DNA of 64,000 nt. It comes from Alphaproteobacteria bacterium (lineage in GTDB: Bacteria; Pseudomonadota; Alphaproteobacteria; CALKHQ01). This document shows positions 1-8,703 of this stretch, one piece after another (position 1 is the stretch's first letter; each line of letters starts with the position of its first letter). The stretch is from the NCBI GenBank assembly GCA_965227515.1, contig CBDDFZ010000001.1, positions 608,001 through 672,000 of the forward strand. Reading direction: 5' to 3'. A model generated the notes under the pieces. It made no database searches and was not told where the DNA came from. It saw nothing but the letters and a program-made list of their open reading frames with translations. The position numbers were made by a program, and so were the translations under genes.

Positions 1-434
1 GCAGCGCCGATGCCCAACTCAGCGACTGTGGCATGCTGCAGATCGCGGAAACCGGCAGCTTCCACGGCACGGCGGTCGTGGAATCGGCGGAGATCAGCGG
101 TCGTTTCGATGGCGAGATGACCGTTTCGCGCCGGCTGACCATCCAGCCGGGCGGCCATGTGATCGGCAACATCACCTATGGCGAGCTGGAGATCATGCCC
201 GGCGGCAAGATCAGCGGCAGCTTCCAGCCCGCGCCGGAGAACTCGGCCGCGGCCGCCGCCCTGGGGCAGGACGACGAGAGCACCCACAGCGAAGATGCGG
301 CGGACGACGCCTCAGCAGCGCCGCCGGCCCGCCCGTCGGCAAGCTCGGTGCTGCAGGCAGACACCGCCGAGCCACCGGCGCCAACCCCCGGGCGCACGCC
401 GACCCGCGCGGTCAAGCCGGCCAGCAACGGCTGA
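1..434 (+). CDS. Bactofilin (polymer-forming cytoskeletal protein), 5'-truncated by the window edge
   Basis: Frame open from the window start. Beta-helix pattern AEISGRFDGEMTV..LTIQPGGHVIGNITYGELEIMPGGKISG followed by a Pro/Ala-rich tail. Confidence 0.85.
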   Translation, partial: SADAQLSDCGMLQIAETGSFHGTAVVESAEISGRFDGEMTVSRRLTIQPGGHVIGNITYGELEIMPGGKISGSFQPAPENSAAAAALGQDDESTHSEDAADDASAAPPARPSASSVLQADTAEPPAPTPGRTPTRAVKPASNG

Positions 435-500
435 CGGCGGCCCGCCGCCGCGCCGGCCCGGTCGCCGATCCATACCGCATCTACTACGGACACGACCGGC

Positions 501-1442
501 ATGGCCCTTACCGTCGCGATCCAGATGGACCCGATCGAGGCGGTCGACATCGACGCCGACTCCACCTTCGTGCTGGCGCTGGAGGCACAGCGGCGCGGCC
601 ACCGGCTCTATCACTACCTGCCGCAGGCGCTGACCTATCACAGCGGCGAGGTACGTGCCGCCATGCGGTCGCTGGAAGTGCGCCGCAACCACGGCAACCA
701 CTACACGCTCGGCGAGTTCGAGAACACGGCGCTGACGGCGGTCGACGTGGTGCTGATGCGCCAGGACCCGCCGTTCGACATGGCCTACATCACCGCCACC
801 CACATGCTGGAGCAGGTGCACCCGGACACCCTGGTGGTGAACGACCCGGCCGAGGTGCGCAACGCGCCGGAAAAGCTGTTCGTCACCAAGTTCCCCGACC
901 TGATGCCGCCGACACTGATCACCTCCGACCGCAAGGAGATCGACGCCTTCCGCGCCGAGCACAAGGACATCATCGTCAAGCCGCTGTTCGGCAATGGCGG
1001 CGCCGGGGTGTTCCACATCGGCCCCGAAGACGAGAATCTGAACGCGCTGATGGAGCTGTTCACCGGCATGTACCGCGAGCCGATCATCGTGCAGCGCTAC
1101 ATGCCGGAGGTGCGGGCCGGCGACAAGCGGATCATCCTGGTCGACGGAGAGGCGGCGGGCGCGGTGCTGCGGGTGCCCTCGGCAGGGGAGGCGCGGGCCA
1201 ATCTGCACGCCGGCGCCAAGGCGGTGAAGGCCGAGATCACGCCGCGCGAGCACGACATCTGTGCCGCCATCGGCCCGGAGCTGAAGGCGCGCGGGCTGAT
1301 CTTCGTCGGCATCGACGTCATCGGCGACGTGATGACCGAGATCAACGTCACCTCGCCCACCGGCCTGCAGGAGATCGACCGCTTCGACGGCGTCTCCCTG
1401 GAAGCCCAGATCTGGGACGCGATCGAGGGGCGGTTGGGTTAG
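501..1442 (+). CDS. gshB: Glutathione synthetase
   Basis: MDPI..DST start, [33 protein letters not shown] motifs. Confidence 0.98.
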   Translation: MALTVAIQMDPIEAVDIDADSTFVLALEAQRRGHRLYHYLPQALTYHSGEVRAAMRSLEVRRNHGNHYTLGEFENTALTAVDVVLMRQDPPFDMAYITATHMLEQVHPDTLVVNDPAEVRNAPEKLFVTKFPDLMPPTLITSDRKEIDAFRAEHKDIIVKPLFGNGGAGVFHIGPEDENLNALMELFTGMYREPIIVQRYMPEVRAGDKRIILVDGEAAGAVLRVPSAGEARANLHAGAKAVKAEITPREHDICAAIGPELKARGLIFVGIDVIGDVMTEINVTSPTGLQEIDRFDGVSLEAQIWDAIEGRLG

Positions 1443-1472
1443 GCGGCATACGGTGTGTCAAGTCGTTTTTAA

Positions 1473-1507
1473 TTGCCACTTATCGATGCATTACCCATAT
1501 TGCAGAT
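1473..1507 (+). promoter_or_regulatory. Sigma70-like promoter for the TA operon, probably leaderless, with an overlapping imperfect palindrome
   Basis: TTGCCA(1473)-17 bp-CATATT(1496)-6 bp-ATG(1508), no SD. TGCATTA-cccA-TATTGCA at 1487-1504. Confidence 0.55.
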
Positions 1508-1765
1508 ATGAAGAAGGCTCTGGACCTACGGCGTGACGCCCGGAAAGGTCTGCGACGCGCGCCTACAGGCACAGCCGCAAGAATCGAGTCTATTCTTCGG
1601 GCATTTGCCACAGGCAACCCTCCCGCCAATGCCGACATCGTCGCCATGCAGGGCGCTACCGGCACTTATCGGCTGCGGGTCGGCGAGTGGCGGGCCATAT
1701 TTAGGGTCACGGAAGACTCCGTGATTGTGGAGCGGATCGCGCCACGTGGCGCGGCCTACAAATAG
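1508..1765 (+). CDS. Type II toxin, RelE/ParE family
   Basis: 85 aa, basic, YRLRVGEWRAIF and C-terminal IAPRGAAYK typical of RelE-like toxins. Confidence 0.88.
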   Translation: MKKALDLRRDARKGLRRAPTGTAARIESILRAFATGNPPANADIVAMQGATGTYRLRVGEWRAIFRVTEDSVIVERIAPRGAAYK

Positions 1766-1777
1766 GGCTAAACGCAC

Positions 1778-2215
1778 ATGGGCAAGCTGAAGTTGGTTGA
1801 TGAAGCGACCATGCCATCCATATCCGCCGGACAACCGTTCGTGGCGGTGCCGGCCGCGCTTTGGGCCGCTCTCAACGCCAGCGCCGGCATAAACTTGGCC
1901 GCGGTCGATTCCACCACGATGGACGAAGAGGATTGGGACGACATGGCCCTCCTCCTCGCCACGCGGTACTTGGACGCCGTCGAAGGTGAGCCGGCGGAGA
2001 TCACCGAGATGATCGACCGCAAGGGGCTTCATCCCATTGCTGCATGGCGGCGCCATCGCGGCTTGACGCAGGCGGCATTGGCCGTCGAGGTCGGCGTAAG
2101 CCAGGACCATATCAGCCGGGTAGAACGTGGGTTGGATCGGCCCAGCGTCGAGCTTCTCGTCCGCCTCCGAGATACCTTGCGCAGCGGCACTCTGGACGCG
2201 CTGCTCCCGGACTGA
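1778..2215 (+). CDS. XRE/HTH_3 antitoxin (HigA-like, toxin-first order)
   Basis: C-terminal HTH WRRHRGLTQAALAVEVGVSQDHISRVERG, acidic N-terminal half, 12 bp after the toxin stop. Confidence 0.82.
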   Translation: MGKLKLVDEATMPSISAGQPFVAVPAALWAALNASAGINLAAVDSTTMDEEDWDDMALLLATRYLDAVEGEPAEITEMIDRKGLHPIAAWRRHRGLTQAALAVEVGVSQDHISRVERGLDRPSVELLVRLRDTLRSGTLDALLPD

Positions 2216-2309
2216 CTCCAATGGGTGCTTCTTGAAGTTGGGCTCGTCCGACTAGGCTGTGAGGACAGCCGAGAGCAGGGGCGCATCGGCGCAGATCGAA
2301 CCAAGTATT

Positions 2310-2720
2310 CTAGGCTCCTTCGCCGGAAACCGCGCCGTTGTCCGGCATCAGGAACACGTCCCGCGCCAGGGCGGAGGTCAGGCGCGACGGCGCGTACCAG
2401 CGTTCCAGCACCTGCTTCGTCAGCAAATCCGGGTTGCGGTCGATGAAGTCGGCGACGCTGTCGTGGGGTACCGTCGCCATCCGCTCGGCGATCATGCTGA
2501 GAAATGCCAGCGTGATGGTCAGATTGAACTTTTCCGGCACGCCGGCCTTGGTCGCGACCCCCTTGATCGCGTCGGCATAGCGCACCGCCGCGTCGAGATA
2601 CGGATAGCGGCGAAGCATCTCGCAAGCGACGCCGACATGGTCGCGATGGCGGAACGCGCTGACATCGATGGTCTGTTGCTCCAGCGCATCCGTCAGCGCC
2701 GCATAATGGGTGTCGGTCAT
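2310..2720 (-). CDS. Conserved hypothetical protein (136 aa)
   Basis: ATG at 2720 overlaps the upstream stop (ATGA). Motifs FRHRDHV, KFNLTIT, NPDLL, ARDVFLMPD resemble an uncharacterised family. Confidence 0.75.
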   Translation of the reverse strand: MTDTHYAALTDALEQQTIDVSAFRHRDHVGVACEMLRRYPYLDAAVRYADAIKGVATKAGVPEKFNLTITLAFLSMIAERMATVPHDSVADFIDRNPDLLTKQVLERWYAPSRLTSALARDVFLMPDNGAVSGEGA

Positions 2721-2968
2721 GGCGCGACCCCTTCCTGCAGGTTGTGGCTGTCGTCGGCGCCGAGGTCGAGGCCGTAGACCGCCTTCAGTTGCGCGATCTT
2801 CTCGATCGTCTCGTCCGAAAACGGCGCCCTGCCCTCGAAGCAGTGCAGCGCCATGCCTTCGATCAGCTCGGCGACGGAGATGTCGAGATACTCGGCCAGC
2901 CCCTTCAGCACCTTGAGCAGGCGTTTTTCGAGCCGCACCCCGGTTTGGACACGTTCGATGTTCTTCAT
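2717..2968 (-). CDS. Small ribbon-helix-helix-like DNA-binding protein (83 aa)
   Basis: RVQTGVRLEKRLLKVLKGLAEYLDISVAELIE: alternating beta-strand then two helices, RHH-like pattern. Confidence 0.7.
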   Translation of the reverse strand: MKNIERVQTGVRLEKRLLKVLKGLAEYLDISVAELIEGMALHCFEGRAPFSDETIEKIAQLKAVYGLDLGADDSHNLQEGVAP

Positions 2969-3004
2969 ATGACGTTATATAGGTACCAAGATAACACTTG
3001 TCAA
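2969..3004 (-). promoter_or_regulatory. Near-consensus sigma70 promoter (leaderless) with overlapping palindromic operator
   Basis: Minus strand TTGACA(3004-2999)-17 bp-TATATA(2981-2976)-7 bp-ATG(2968). Palindrome GTTAT-ata-GGTACC-aag-ATAAC at 2974-2995. Confidence 0.7.
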
Positions 3005-3099
3005 TGCGGTGGCGAGGCTGGCGCCTGCATTGTGCGTGCGGTCGCACCATGGCCGCTCTATGATCCGACGAGCCAACCGCCCACATTCCTTGGTTATTC

Positions 3100-4620
3100 A
3101 TGGTCGCACGCTGTTCCACCGTCGCCTTCCAGGGCATCGACGTCCTGGACGTCGACGTGCAGGTGCAGTTCGCGTCCGGGCTGCCGGCGTTCTCGGTCGT
3201 GGGCCTGCCCGACAAGGCGGTGGGCGAGAGCCGGGAGCGGGTGCGCGCCGCCCTGAACGCGCTGGGGCTGGCGCTGCCGGCGCGGCGCATCACGGTCAAT
3301 CTGGCGCCCGCCGACGTGGTGAAGGAGGGCAGCCATTTCGACCTGCCGATCGCGCTCGCCATCCTGGCGGCGATGGACGCGATCCCGGCCGATGCGCTGG
3401 CCGGCTATACCGCGCTGGGCGAGCTGGCGCTGGACGGTGCGATCCTGCAGGTCGCGGGCGTGCTGCCGGCCGCGCTGGGCGCTTCGGCCAAGTCCAGCGG
3501 GCTGATTTGCCCCGCCGCCTGCGGGCCGGAAGCGGCCTGGCTCGGCGACATCGACATCATCGCCGCCCCCTCGCTGCTCAGCCTGATCAACCACTTCAAG
3601 GGCAGCCAGGTGCTCTCCCCGCCCGCGCCGCCGCCAGTGGACGACACTGCCCACGCGCCCGATATCGCGGAGGTGAAGGGGCAGGAGACCGCCAAGCGCG
3701 CGCTGGAGATCGCGGCGGCCGGTGGCCACAACCTGCTGATGATCGGCCCGCCGGGTGCCGGCAAGTCGATGCTGGCCGCGCGCCTGCCCGGCCTGCTGCC
3801 GCCGCTGTCGTCGGCGGAGGCGCTGGAGGTCAGCATGATCCACTCCATCGCCGGCACCCTGCCGGACGGGCGGATCAGCCAGGTGCGGCCCTATCGCGAC
3901 CCGCACCACTCCGCCTCGCAGCCAGCGCTGATCGGCGGCGGCCTGCGCGCCCGGCCCGGCGAGGTGTCGCTGGCCCATAATGGCGTGCTGTTCCTGGACG
4001 AGCTGCCGGAATTCGCCCGCCAGACGCTGGAGGCGCTGCGCCAGCCGCTGGAAACCGGGCGTGCGGTGGTCAGCCGCGCCAACCACCACGTGACCTACCC
4101 GGCCAGGGTACAGCTGATCGCGGCGATGAACCCGTGCCGCTGCGGCCACCTGGACGACCCGTCGCTCGCCTGCTCGCGCGCGCCGCGCTGCGCCGCCGAC
4201 TACCAAGCGAAGATCTCAGGACCGGTGTTCGACCGCATCGACCTGTTCGTGGAAGTGCGGGCGATGCGCGCGGAGGACCTGACCGCGCCGGCCACCGGCG
4301 AGACCAGCGCGCAGATGGCGGCCCGCATCGCTGCCGCCCGCGACCGCCAGACCGCGCGGTTCGCCGCACTTGGCGCGGCCGAGAGCGTGCGCACCAATGC
4401 TCAGGCCGATGGCGACGTGCTGGAGAAGATCGCCGCGCCCGACGAGGCCGGCAAGGCGCTGCTCAGCGAGGCGGTCGGCCACTTCAAGCTCTCCGCCCGC
4501 GGCTACCACCGGGTGCTCAGGGTGGCCCGCACATTGGCGGACTTGGAGGGGACGGAAGCCATCCGCCGCCAGCACATCGCCGAGGCACTCACCTACCGCC
4601 GCATGCCGCTGATGCGGTAG
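3100..4620 (+). CDS. comM: ComM/YifB Mg-chelatase-like AAA+ ATPase
   Basis: VGLPDKAVGESRERV, KEGSHFDLPIAL, Walker A GPPGAGKS, AHNGVLFLDELPEF, AAMNPCRCG. Confidence 0.96.
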   Translation: MVARCSTVAFQGIDVLDVDVQVQFASGLPAFSVVGLPDKAVGESRERVRAALNALGLALPARRITVNLAPADVVKEGSHFDLPIALAILAAMDAIPADALAGYTALGELALDGAILQVAGVLPAALGASAKSSGLICPAACGPEAAWLGDIDIIAAPSLLSLINHFKGSQVLSPPAPPPVDDTAHAPDIAEVKGQETAKRALEIAAAGGHNLLMIGPPGAGKSMLAARLPGLLPPLSSAEALEVSMIHSIAGTLPDGRISQVRPYRDPHHSASQPALIGGGLRARPGEVSLAHNGVLFLDELPEFARQTLEALRQPLETGRAVVSRANHHVTYPARVQLIAAMNPCRCGHLDDPSLACSRAPRCAADYQAKISGPVFDRIDLFVEVRAMRAEDLTAPATGETSAQMAARIAAARDRQTARFAALGAAESVRTNAQADGDVLEKIAAPDEAGKALLSEAVGHFKLSARGYHRVLRVARTLADLEGTEAIRRQHIAEALTYRRMPLMR

Positions 4621-4673
4621 TATTGACCGCTCAGGCCATCGAACGGCCACCGGCATCGCTAAGGCAATACCCA

Positions 4674-5261
4674 GTGTCCTCATTCCGCCCGGAGTATGTC
4701 GAAGCCCTACGCCTGTTGGCGCGGGCGTCGAATGACATGGCGGCCCGCGACCTTCCCAGACCAATCCTGGTGGGTGGCGGTGCCGTTGAGTACTACACGG
4801 CCGGCCATATTCCCTCGGGGGACTTCGATCTCGTCGAGCCATATCAAGACGAGCTCGAAGAAGCCTTGATACGTCAAGGCTTTGAACGACCGTCTGGTCC
4901 CGGGCAGTTGACTCGAGGCTTGGTCCACCGAAAGCTGGGCATTGGCGTCGAGGTTGTCAGCGGCCAACTCATGGATGGACTAGCCAACAGTGCCTATATG
5001 CGCCTGATACCAACCGATGACGGCGAGATCGCTGTTATCGGTATCGAAGACCTCATTTCCGACCGGATCGGCCAGTACTTTTCGACACCAAGTGGCGTAC
5101 CGGAGATGCTCGCACAAGCCACTGAATTGCTTATCGTCGCCAAGGCTCTCGACGACGGTTACGACAGAGACTATCTAGACAGGCGTATTCGCGAAGAAAC
5201 GGCGGAAGACTGCAGCCTAGAGGCATTGGAGCAAATGATAGATGCCCGTTCGCGGCAATAG
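4674..5261 (+). CDS. Putative nucleotidyltransferase (Pol-beta superfamily, DUF6036/AbiEii-like), about 195 aa
   Basis: In-frame GTG at 4674. ILVGGGAVEYYT..SGDFDLV (GG-x-A..D-x-D), later IEDLISDR. More A/T-ending codons than the flanking genes. Confidence 0.7.
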   Translation: MSSFRPEYVEALRLLARASNDMAARDLPRPILVGGGAVEYYTAGHIPSGDFDLVEPYQDELEEALIRQGFERPSGPGQLTRGLVHRKLGIGVEVVSGQLMDGLANSAYMRLIPTDDGEIAVIGIEDLISDRIGQYFSTPSGVPEMLAQATELLIVAKALDDGYDRDYLDRRIREETAEDCSLEALEQMIDARSRQ

Positions 5262-5439
5262 TCTGGAAGAGCAAGCGGCGCTTGTGAGGCAGCTATGCGA
5301 GGCGCGTGGCATCGACCGGCTGCCTGTGCCGAAGAACTCCGGCAAGCGCCGCACGCCGGAGAAGCGCGCCCTGTTGCGCGAGATCCGCCGAGTCTGCAAG
5401 GAACAGGGCCGCGAGCCGCCGTTCGAGGCAAACTTCTAA
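5242..5439 (+). CDS. Small basic hypothetical protein (65 aa)
   Basis: Overlaps the NTase 3' end by 20 bp, GGAG at 5228-5231 upstream, motif PKNSGKRRTPEKRALLREI. Confidence 0.65.
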   Translation: MPVRGNSLEEQAALVRQLCEARGIDRLPVPKNSGKRRTPEKRALLREIRRVCKEQGREPPFEANF

Positions 5440-5453
5440 CCAACCGGTTGCGC

Positions 5454-5819
5454 CTACTCCGCCTTCTGCAGCATCCGGCCGAGGCGGCGGCCGCCGAGCA
5501 CATGGATGTGGAAGTGGGGCACTTCCTGGCCGCCATGCTCGCCGGTGTTGGCGATGATGCGGTAGCCGGTCTCGGTGACGCCTTCCTGTTTCGCGATCTC
5601 GCCGACGGCCTGCCACAGGGCCGCGTGTTCGGCCGGCGACGCGCTCTCGGCGAAGTCCTGGGACGAGACATAGGCGCCCTTCGGGATCACCAGCACATGG
5701 GTTGGCGCGGCCGGCTGAATATCGCGGAACGCCAGCACGTGCTCGCTCTCATACACCTTGTCGCACGGAATCTCGCCGCGCAGGATCTTGGCGAAGATGT
5801 TGCTGTCGTCATAGGCCAT
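5454..5819 (-). CDS. hinT: Histidine triad (HIT/HinT) nucleotide-binding protein
   Basis: YDDSNIFAKILRGEIP start, GQEVPHFHIHVLGG triad. Confidence 0.95.
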   Translation of the reverse strand: MAYDDSNIFAKILRGEIPCDKVYESEHVLAFRDIQPAAPTHVLVIPKGAYVSSQDFAESASPAEHAALWQAVGEIAKQEGVTETGYRIIANTGEHGGQEVPHFHIHVLGGRRLGRMLQKAE

Positions 5820-6034
5820 GCGCGCACGCTCCCTGGATATTGGCAGGACCGGCGAGCAAGGCCCGCCAGATCCAATCGACTCGTTGCTGGTTACCCGATC
5901 TCGCCAACAAATAACATTGTCGCCCTCGCCCTTGTGGCTAGGGCCCATTCATGTGCGGGTCTCGCCGCCCCAAGTGTTCTGCCATCAACGTGCAATGCAT
6001 TGAATTCGCCCGCCCCGAAGAAACGTGAGCACCT

Positions 6035-6047
6035 TAACTTATTGATA
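6035..6047 (-). promoter_or_regulatory. Candidate IHF-binding site
   Basis: Reverse complement TATCAATAAGTTA matches WATCAANNNNTTR exactly. Confidence 0.4.
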
Positions 6048-6059
6048 TCTTGGTCATAA

Positions 6060-6156
6060 ATGGATCCTCGGGACAAGCCCGAGGATGACAATGAGGGGTG
6101 GTGCTGGGCTGGCGGCACAATGCCCGCAGTTAGCGCGACAAGCGCGAGGATGACGA
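6060..6156. repeat. Two REP-like palindromic units (GTCATCCTCG family)
   Basis: ATGGATCCTCGGGACAAGCCCGAGGATGACA at 6060-6090 and degenerate GCGCGACAAGCGCGAGGATGACG at about 6134-6156. Confidence 0.75.
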
Positions 6157-6176
6157 AGAGAGAAGGGGGTCGGGCG

Positions 6177-6524
6177 CTACGACTTGCCCTTGCGGGCGGC
6201 CTTCTCGGCGAGGCCCGACTTGCCCTCGCGGCTTTCCAGCATCGCCCAGACCTCGCTCGGCACCACACCGGTCGACGCCCACAGCACGATCAGGTGGTAG
6301 AGCAGGTCGGCGCTTTCCGAGATCACCTGGCCGCGTTTGCCCGCGGCGGCGGCGATCACGGTCTCGACCGCCTCCTCGCCCATCTTCTGGGCCGCGCGGG
6401 CCGGACCCGCCGCCAGCAACTGCGCCGTGTAGGAGGTATCGGGATCGGCATCGCGCCGGTCGGCCACGGTCGCGAACAGACGCTCGAGCACCGTCGCATC
6501 CGCTGAGGATTTGTTTGCGCTCAT
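6177..6524 (-). CDS. hisE: Phosphoribosyl-ATP pyrophosphohydrolase
   Basis: [30 protein letters not shown] overlap with hisF. Confidence 0.96.
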   Translation of the reverse strand: MSANKSSADATVLERLFATVADRRDADPDTSYTAQLLAAGPARAAQKMGEEAVETVIAAAAGKRGQVISESADLLYHLIVLWASTGVVPSEVWAMLESREGKSGLAEKAARKGKS

Positions 6525-7318
6525 ACCGCCCCTCCCGTGTGCGCGCCCACCGGGCGCACCGGCACCCCGCACGCAGCCATATGCGCCTTGGCGTCGGCGA
6601 TCGTTGCCTCACCGAAATGAAATATCGAGGCGGCCAGCACCGCCGACGCCCCGCCCTCGGTCACGCCCTCGACCAGATGGTCCAGATTGCCGACGCCGCC
6701 GCTGGCGATCACCGGCACCGTCACCGCGTCCACCACCGTCCTGGTCAGCGCGGTGTCGAAGCCGATCCTGGTGCCATCGCGATCCATCGAGGTCAGCAAC
6801 AGCTCGCCGGCGCCATTGGCGACCATCTTGCGCGCCCATTCGACCGCGTCGAGGCCGGTCGGCCGGCGCCCGCCATGGGTGAACACTTCCCAGCGCGGCG
6901 GCTCGCCCTCGCCCGACACCCGCTTGGCGTCGATGGCGACCACGATGCACTGGGCGCCGAACTTGTCGGCGGCCGCGGTCACGAACTCCGGCTTGGCGAC
7001 AGCCGTGGTGTTGATCGACACTTTGTCGGCGCCGGCCAGCAGCAGCCGGCGAATGTCCTCGATCTCGCGCACCCCGCCGCCCACGGTCAGCGGCATGAAC
7101 ACCTCGTCGGCGGTGCGGGCGACCACGTCGTACAGGGTCTCGCGCGCCTCGTGGCTGGCGGTGATATCCAGGAAACACAGTTCGTCGGCGCCCTGGCGCT
7201 CATAGACCGCGGCCTGCTCTACTGGGTCGCCGGCATCACGCAGGTCGACGAAGTTGACCCCCTTGACCACCCGGCCGTCGTGGACGTCCAGGCAGGGGAT
7301 GATGCGCACCTTCAGCAT
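6521..7318 (-). CDS. hisF: Imidazole glycerol phosphate synthase cyclase subunit
   Basis: [37 protein letters not shown]. Confidence 0.98.
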   Translation of the reverse strand: MLKVRIIPCLDVHDGRVVKGVNFVDLRDAGDPVEQAAVYERQGADELCFLDITASHEARETLYDVVARTADEVFMPLTVGGGVREIEDIRRLLLAGADKVSINTTAVAKPEFVTAAADKFGAQCIVVAIDAKRVSGEGEPPRWEVFTHGGRRPTGLDAVEWARKMVANGAGELLLTSMDRDGTRIGFDTALTRTVVDAVTVPVIASGGVGNLDHLVEGVTEGGASAVLAASIFHFGEATIADAKAHMAACGVPVRPVGAHTGGAV

Positions 7319-8052
7319 CAGGCGGCCCCGCGCAGCGCGGCGAGCCCGGCAGCCGGGTCGACACGGCCGTCATAGAGCGCGCGGCCGCAGATGACGCCGG
7401 CGATGTTGTGGTCCGCGCCGGCATCGCGCACCGTCTCCAGGTCGGCCAGCGACGACACGCCGCCGGAAACGATGACCGGGGTCGAGATCGCGTCTGCAAG
7501 CGCGGCCGAGGCGGCGACATTGGGCCCGCCCATGGCGCCGTCGCGGTCGATGTCGGTGTGGATAATGGCGGCCACCCCACAATCCTCGAGCCTGAGCGCG
7601 AGGTCGCGGGCGGTGATATCCGCGGTCTCCGCCCAACCGTCGATGGCCACCCGACCGGCGCGGGCATCGATGCCGACCGCGATCCGGCCCGGATGGGCGG
7701 CGCAGGCGGTGCGCACCAGATCGGGCGACTGTACCGCCGCCGTGCCCAGGATCACCCGGGCGATGCCGGCGTCCAGCCAGCGGTCGATCGCCGCCATGTC
7801 GCGAATGCCGCCGCCGAGCTGGGCCGGAATGTCGATGGCGTCCAAAATGGAAGCAATCGCCGCCGCGTTCTCCGACCGGCCGGCAAACGCGCCGTCCAGG
7901 TCGACCACGTGCAGCCATGCGAACCCGGCGTCGGCGAACTGGCGCGCCTGGGCGGCCGGGTCGTCGTTGAACACCGTGGCGCTGTCCATGGCGCCGCGCA
8001 GCAGGCGCACGCACTGGCCGCCCTTCAGGTCGATGGCTGGAAACAGGATCAC
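7318..8052 (-). CDS. hisA: ProFAR isomerase
   Basis: [38 protein letters not shown]. Confidence 0.98.
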   Translation of the reverse strand: MILFPAIDLKGGQCVRLLRGAMDSATVFNDDPAAQARQFADAGFAWLHVVDLDGAFAGRSENAAAIASILDAIDIPAQLGGGIRDMAAIDRWLDAGIARVILGTAAVQSPDLVRTACAAHPGRIAVGIDARAGRVAIDGWAETADITARDLALRLEDCGVAAIIHTDIDRDGAMGGPNVAASAALADAISTPVIVSGGVSSLADLETVRDAGADHNIAGVICGRALYDGRVDPAAGLAALRGAA

Positions 8053-8118
8053 GTGCGTAGAACCTCGGGCAGTCGATTGTGCGGATGTCTGGAAGCGCTC
8101 CGCCGACGCCCGCGATAC

Positions 8119-8703
8119 TCAGCCGTCGAAGTCCTGCCTCAGGTCCTTGGTGTAGTGAAATCCGCGCACGGTTTCACCATCAATCATCGCATACGCCGGA
8201 TCGGTGCCCCAGCACACGAAGCCGCGATGCTCGTACATCGCGATGGCGGCGCGCTGGGTCTCGCGCACGTCCAGCTTCAGGAAGGCATAGCCGCAGTCGC
8301 GCGCTTCCGCCTCGATCCGCGCGGTCAGCCCGTGGGCGACGCCATGGCCGCGTGCCCACGGCGCCACGAACGACGTCGTCAGCAGCGCGGCGTGGGCCTG
8401 GGCCTCGTTGTTGCGCGGCGGATGCTGGAGTTGGGCGGAGCCGACAATCACGCCATCCAGCCGGCCGACGAACACCTCGCGCCCCGGCACCAGCAGCACG
8501 CCGTTCCAGAACGCCTCCAGCACGTGGGTCTCGGGTGGCGTCAGCCAGCCGAATCCGCCATCGGCCTCGATCGCCTGAACCGTGGCGTCACACAGATCGT
8601 TCAGGTCGTGCGCGCTCAGCTTGGTCAGGCGCTCGATGCGGACTTCGGCATCGGCGCGGGAGGGGGAGGTCGGAACGGTCAGTGCGGCGGTGTCGTACTT
8701 CAT
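8119..8703 (-). CDS. GNAT family N-acetyltransferase inside the his operon
   Basis: FVAPWARGHGVA acetyl-CoA motif, AIAMYEHRGF. ATG overlaps the hisH stop. Confidence 0.88.
   Translation of the reverse strand: MKYDTAALTVPTSPSRADAEVRIERLTKLSAHDLNDLCDATVQAIEADGGFGWLTPPETHVLEAFWNGVLLVPGREVFVGRLDGVIVGSAQLQHPPRNNEAQAHAALLTTSFVAPWARGHGVAHGLTARIEAEARDCGYAFLKLDVRETQRAAIAMYEHRGFVCWGTDPAYAMIDGETVRGFHYTKDLRQDFDG

Noticed and set aside
3100-4620. comM interruption by an integrative element
   Set aside because: The gene is intact, with no integrase or att-like repeats.
4134-4673. Possible comM-NTase frameshift fusion suggested by ORF 4134-5261
   Set aside because: comM is complete with its own stop, no slippery site is seen, and the upstream part is a shadow translation.
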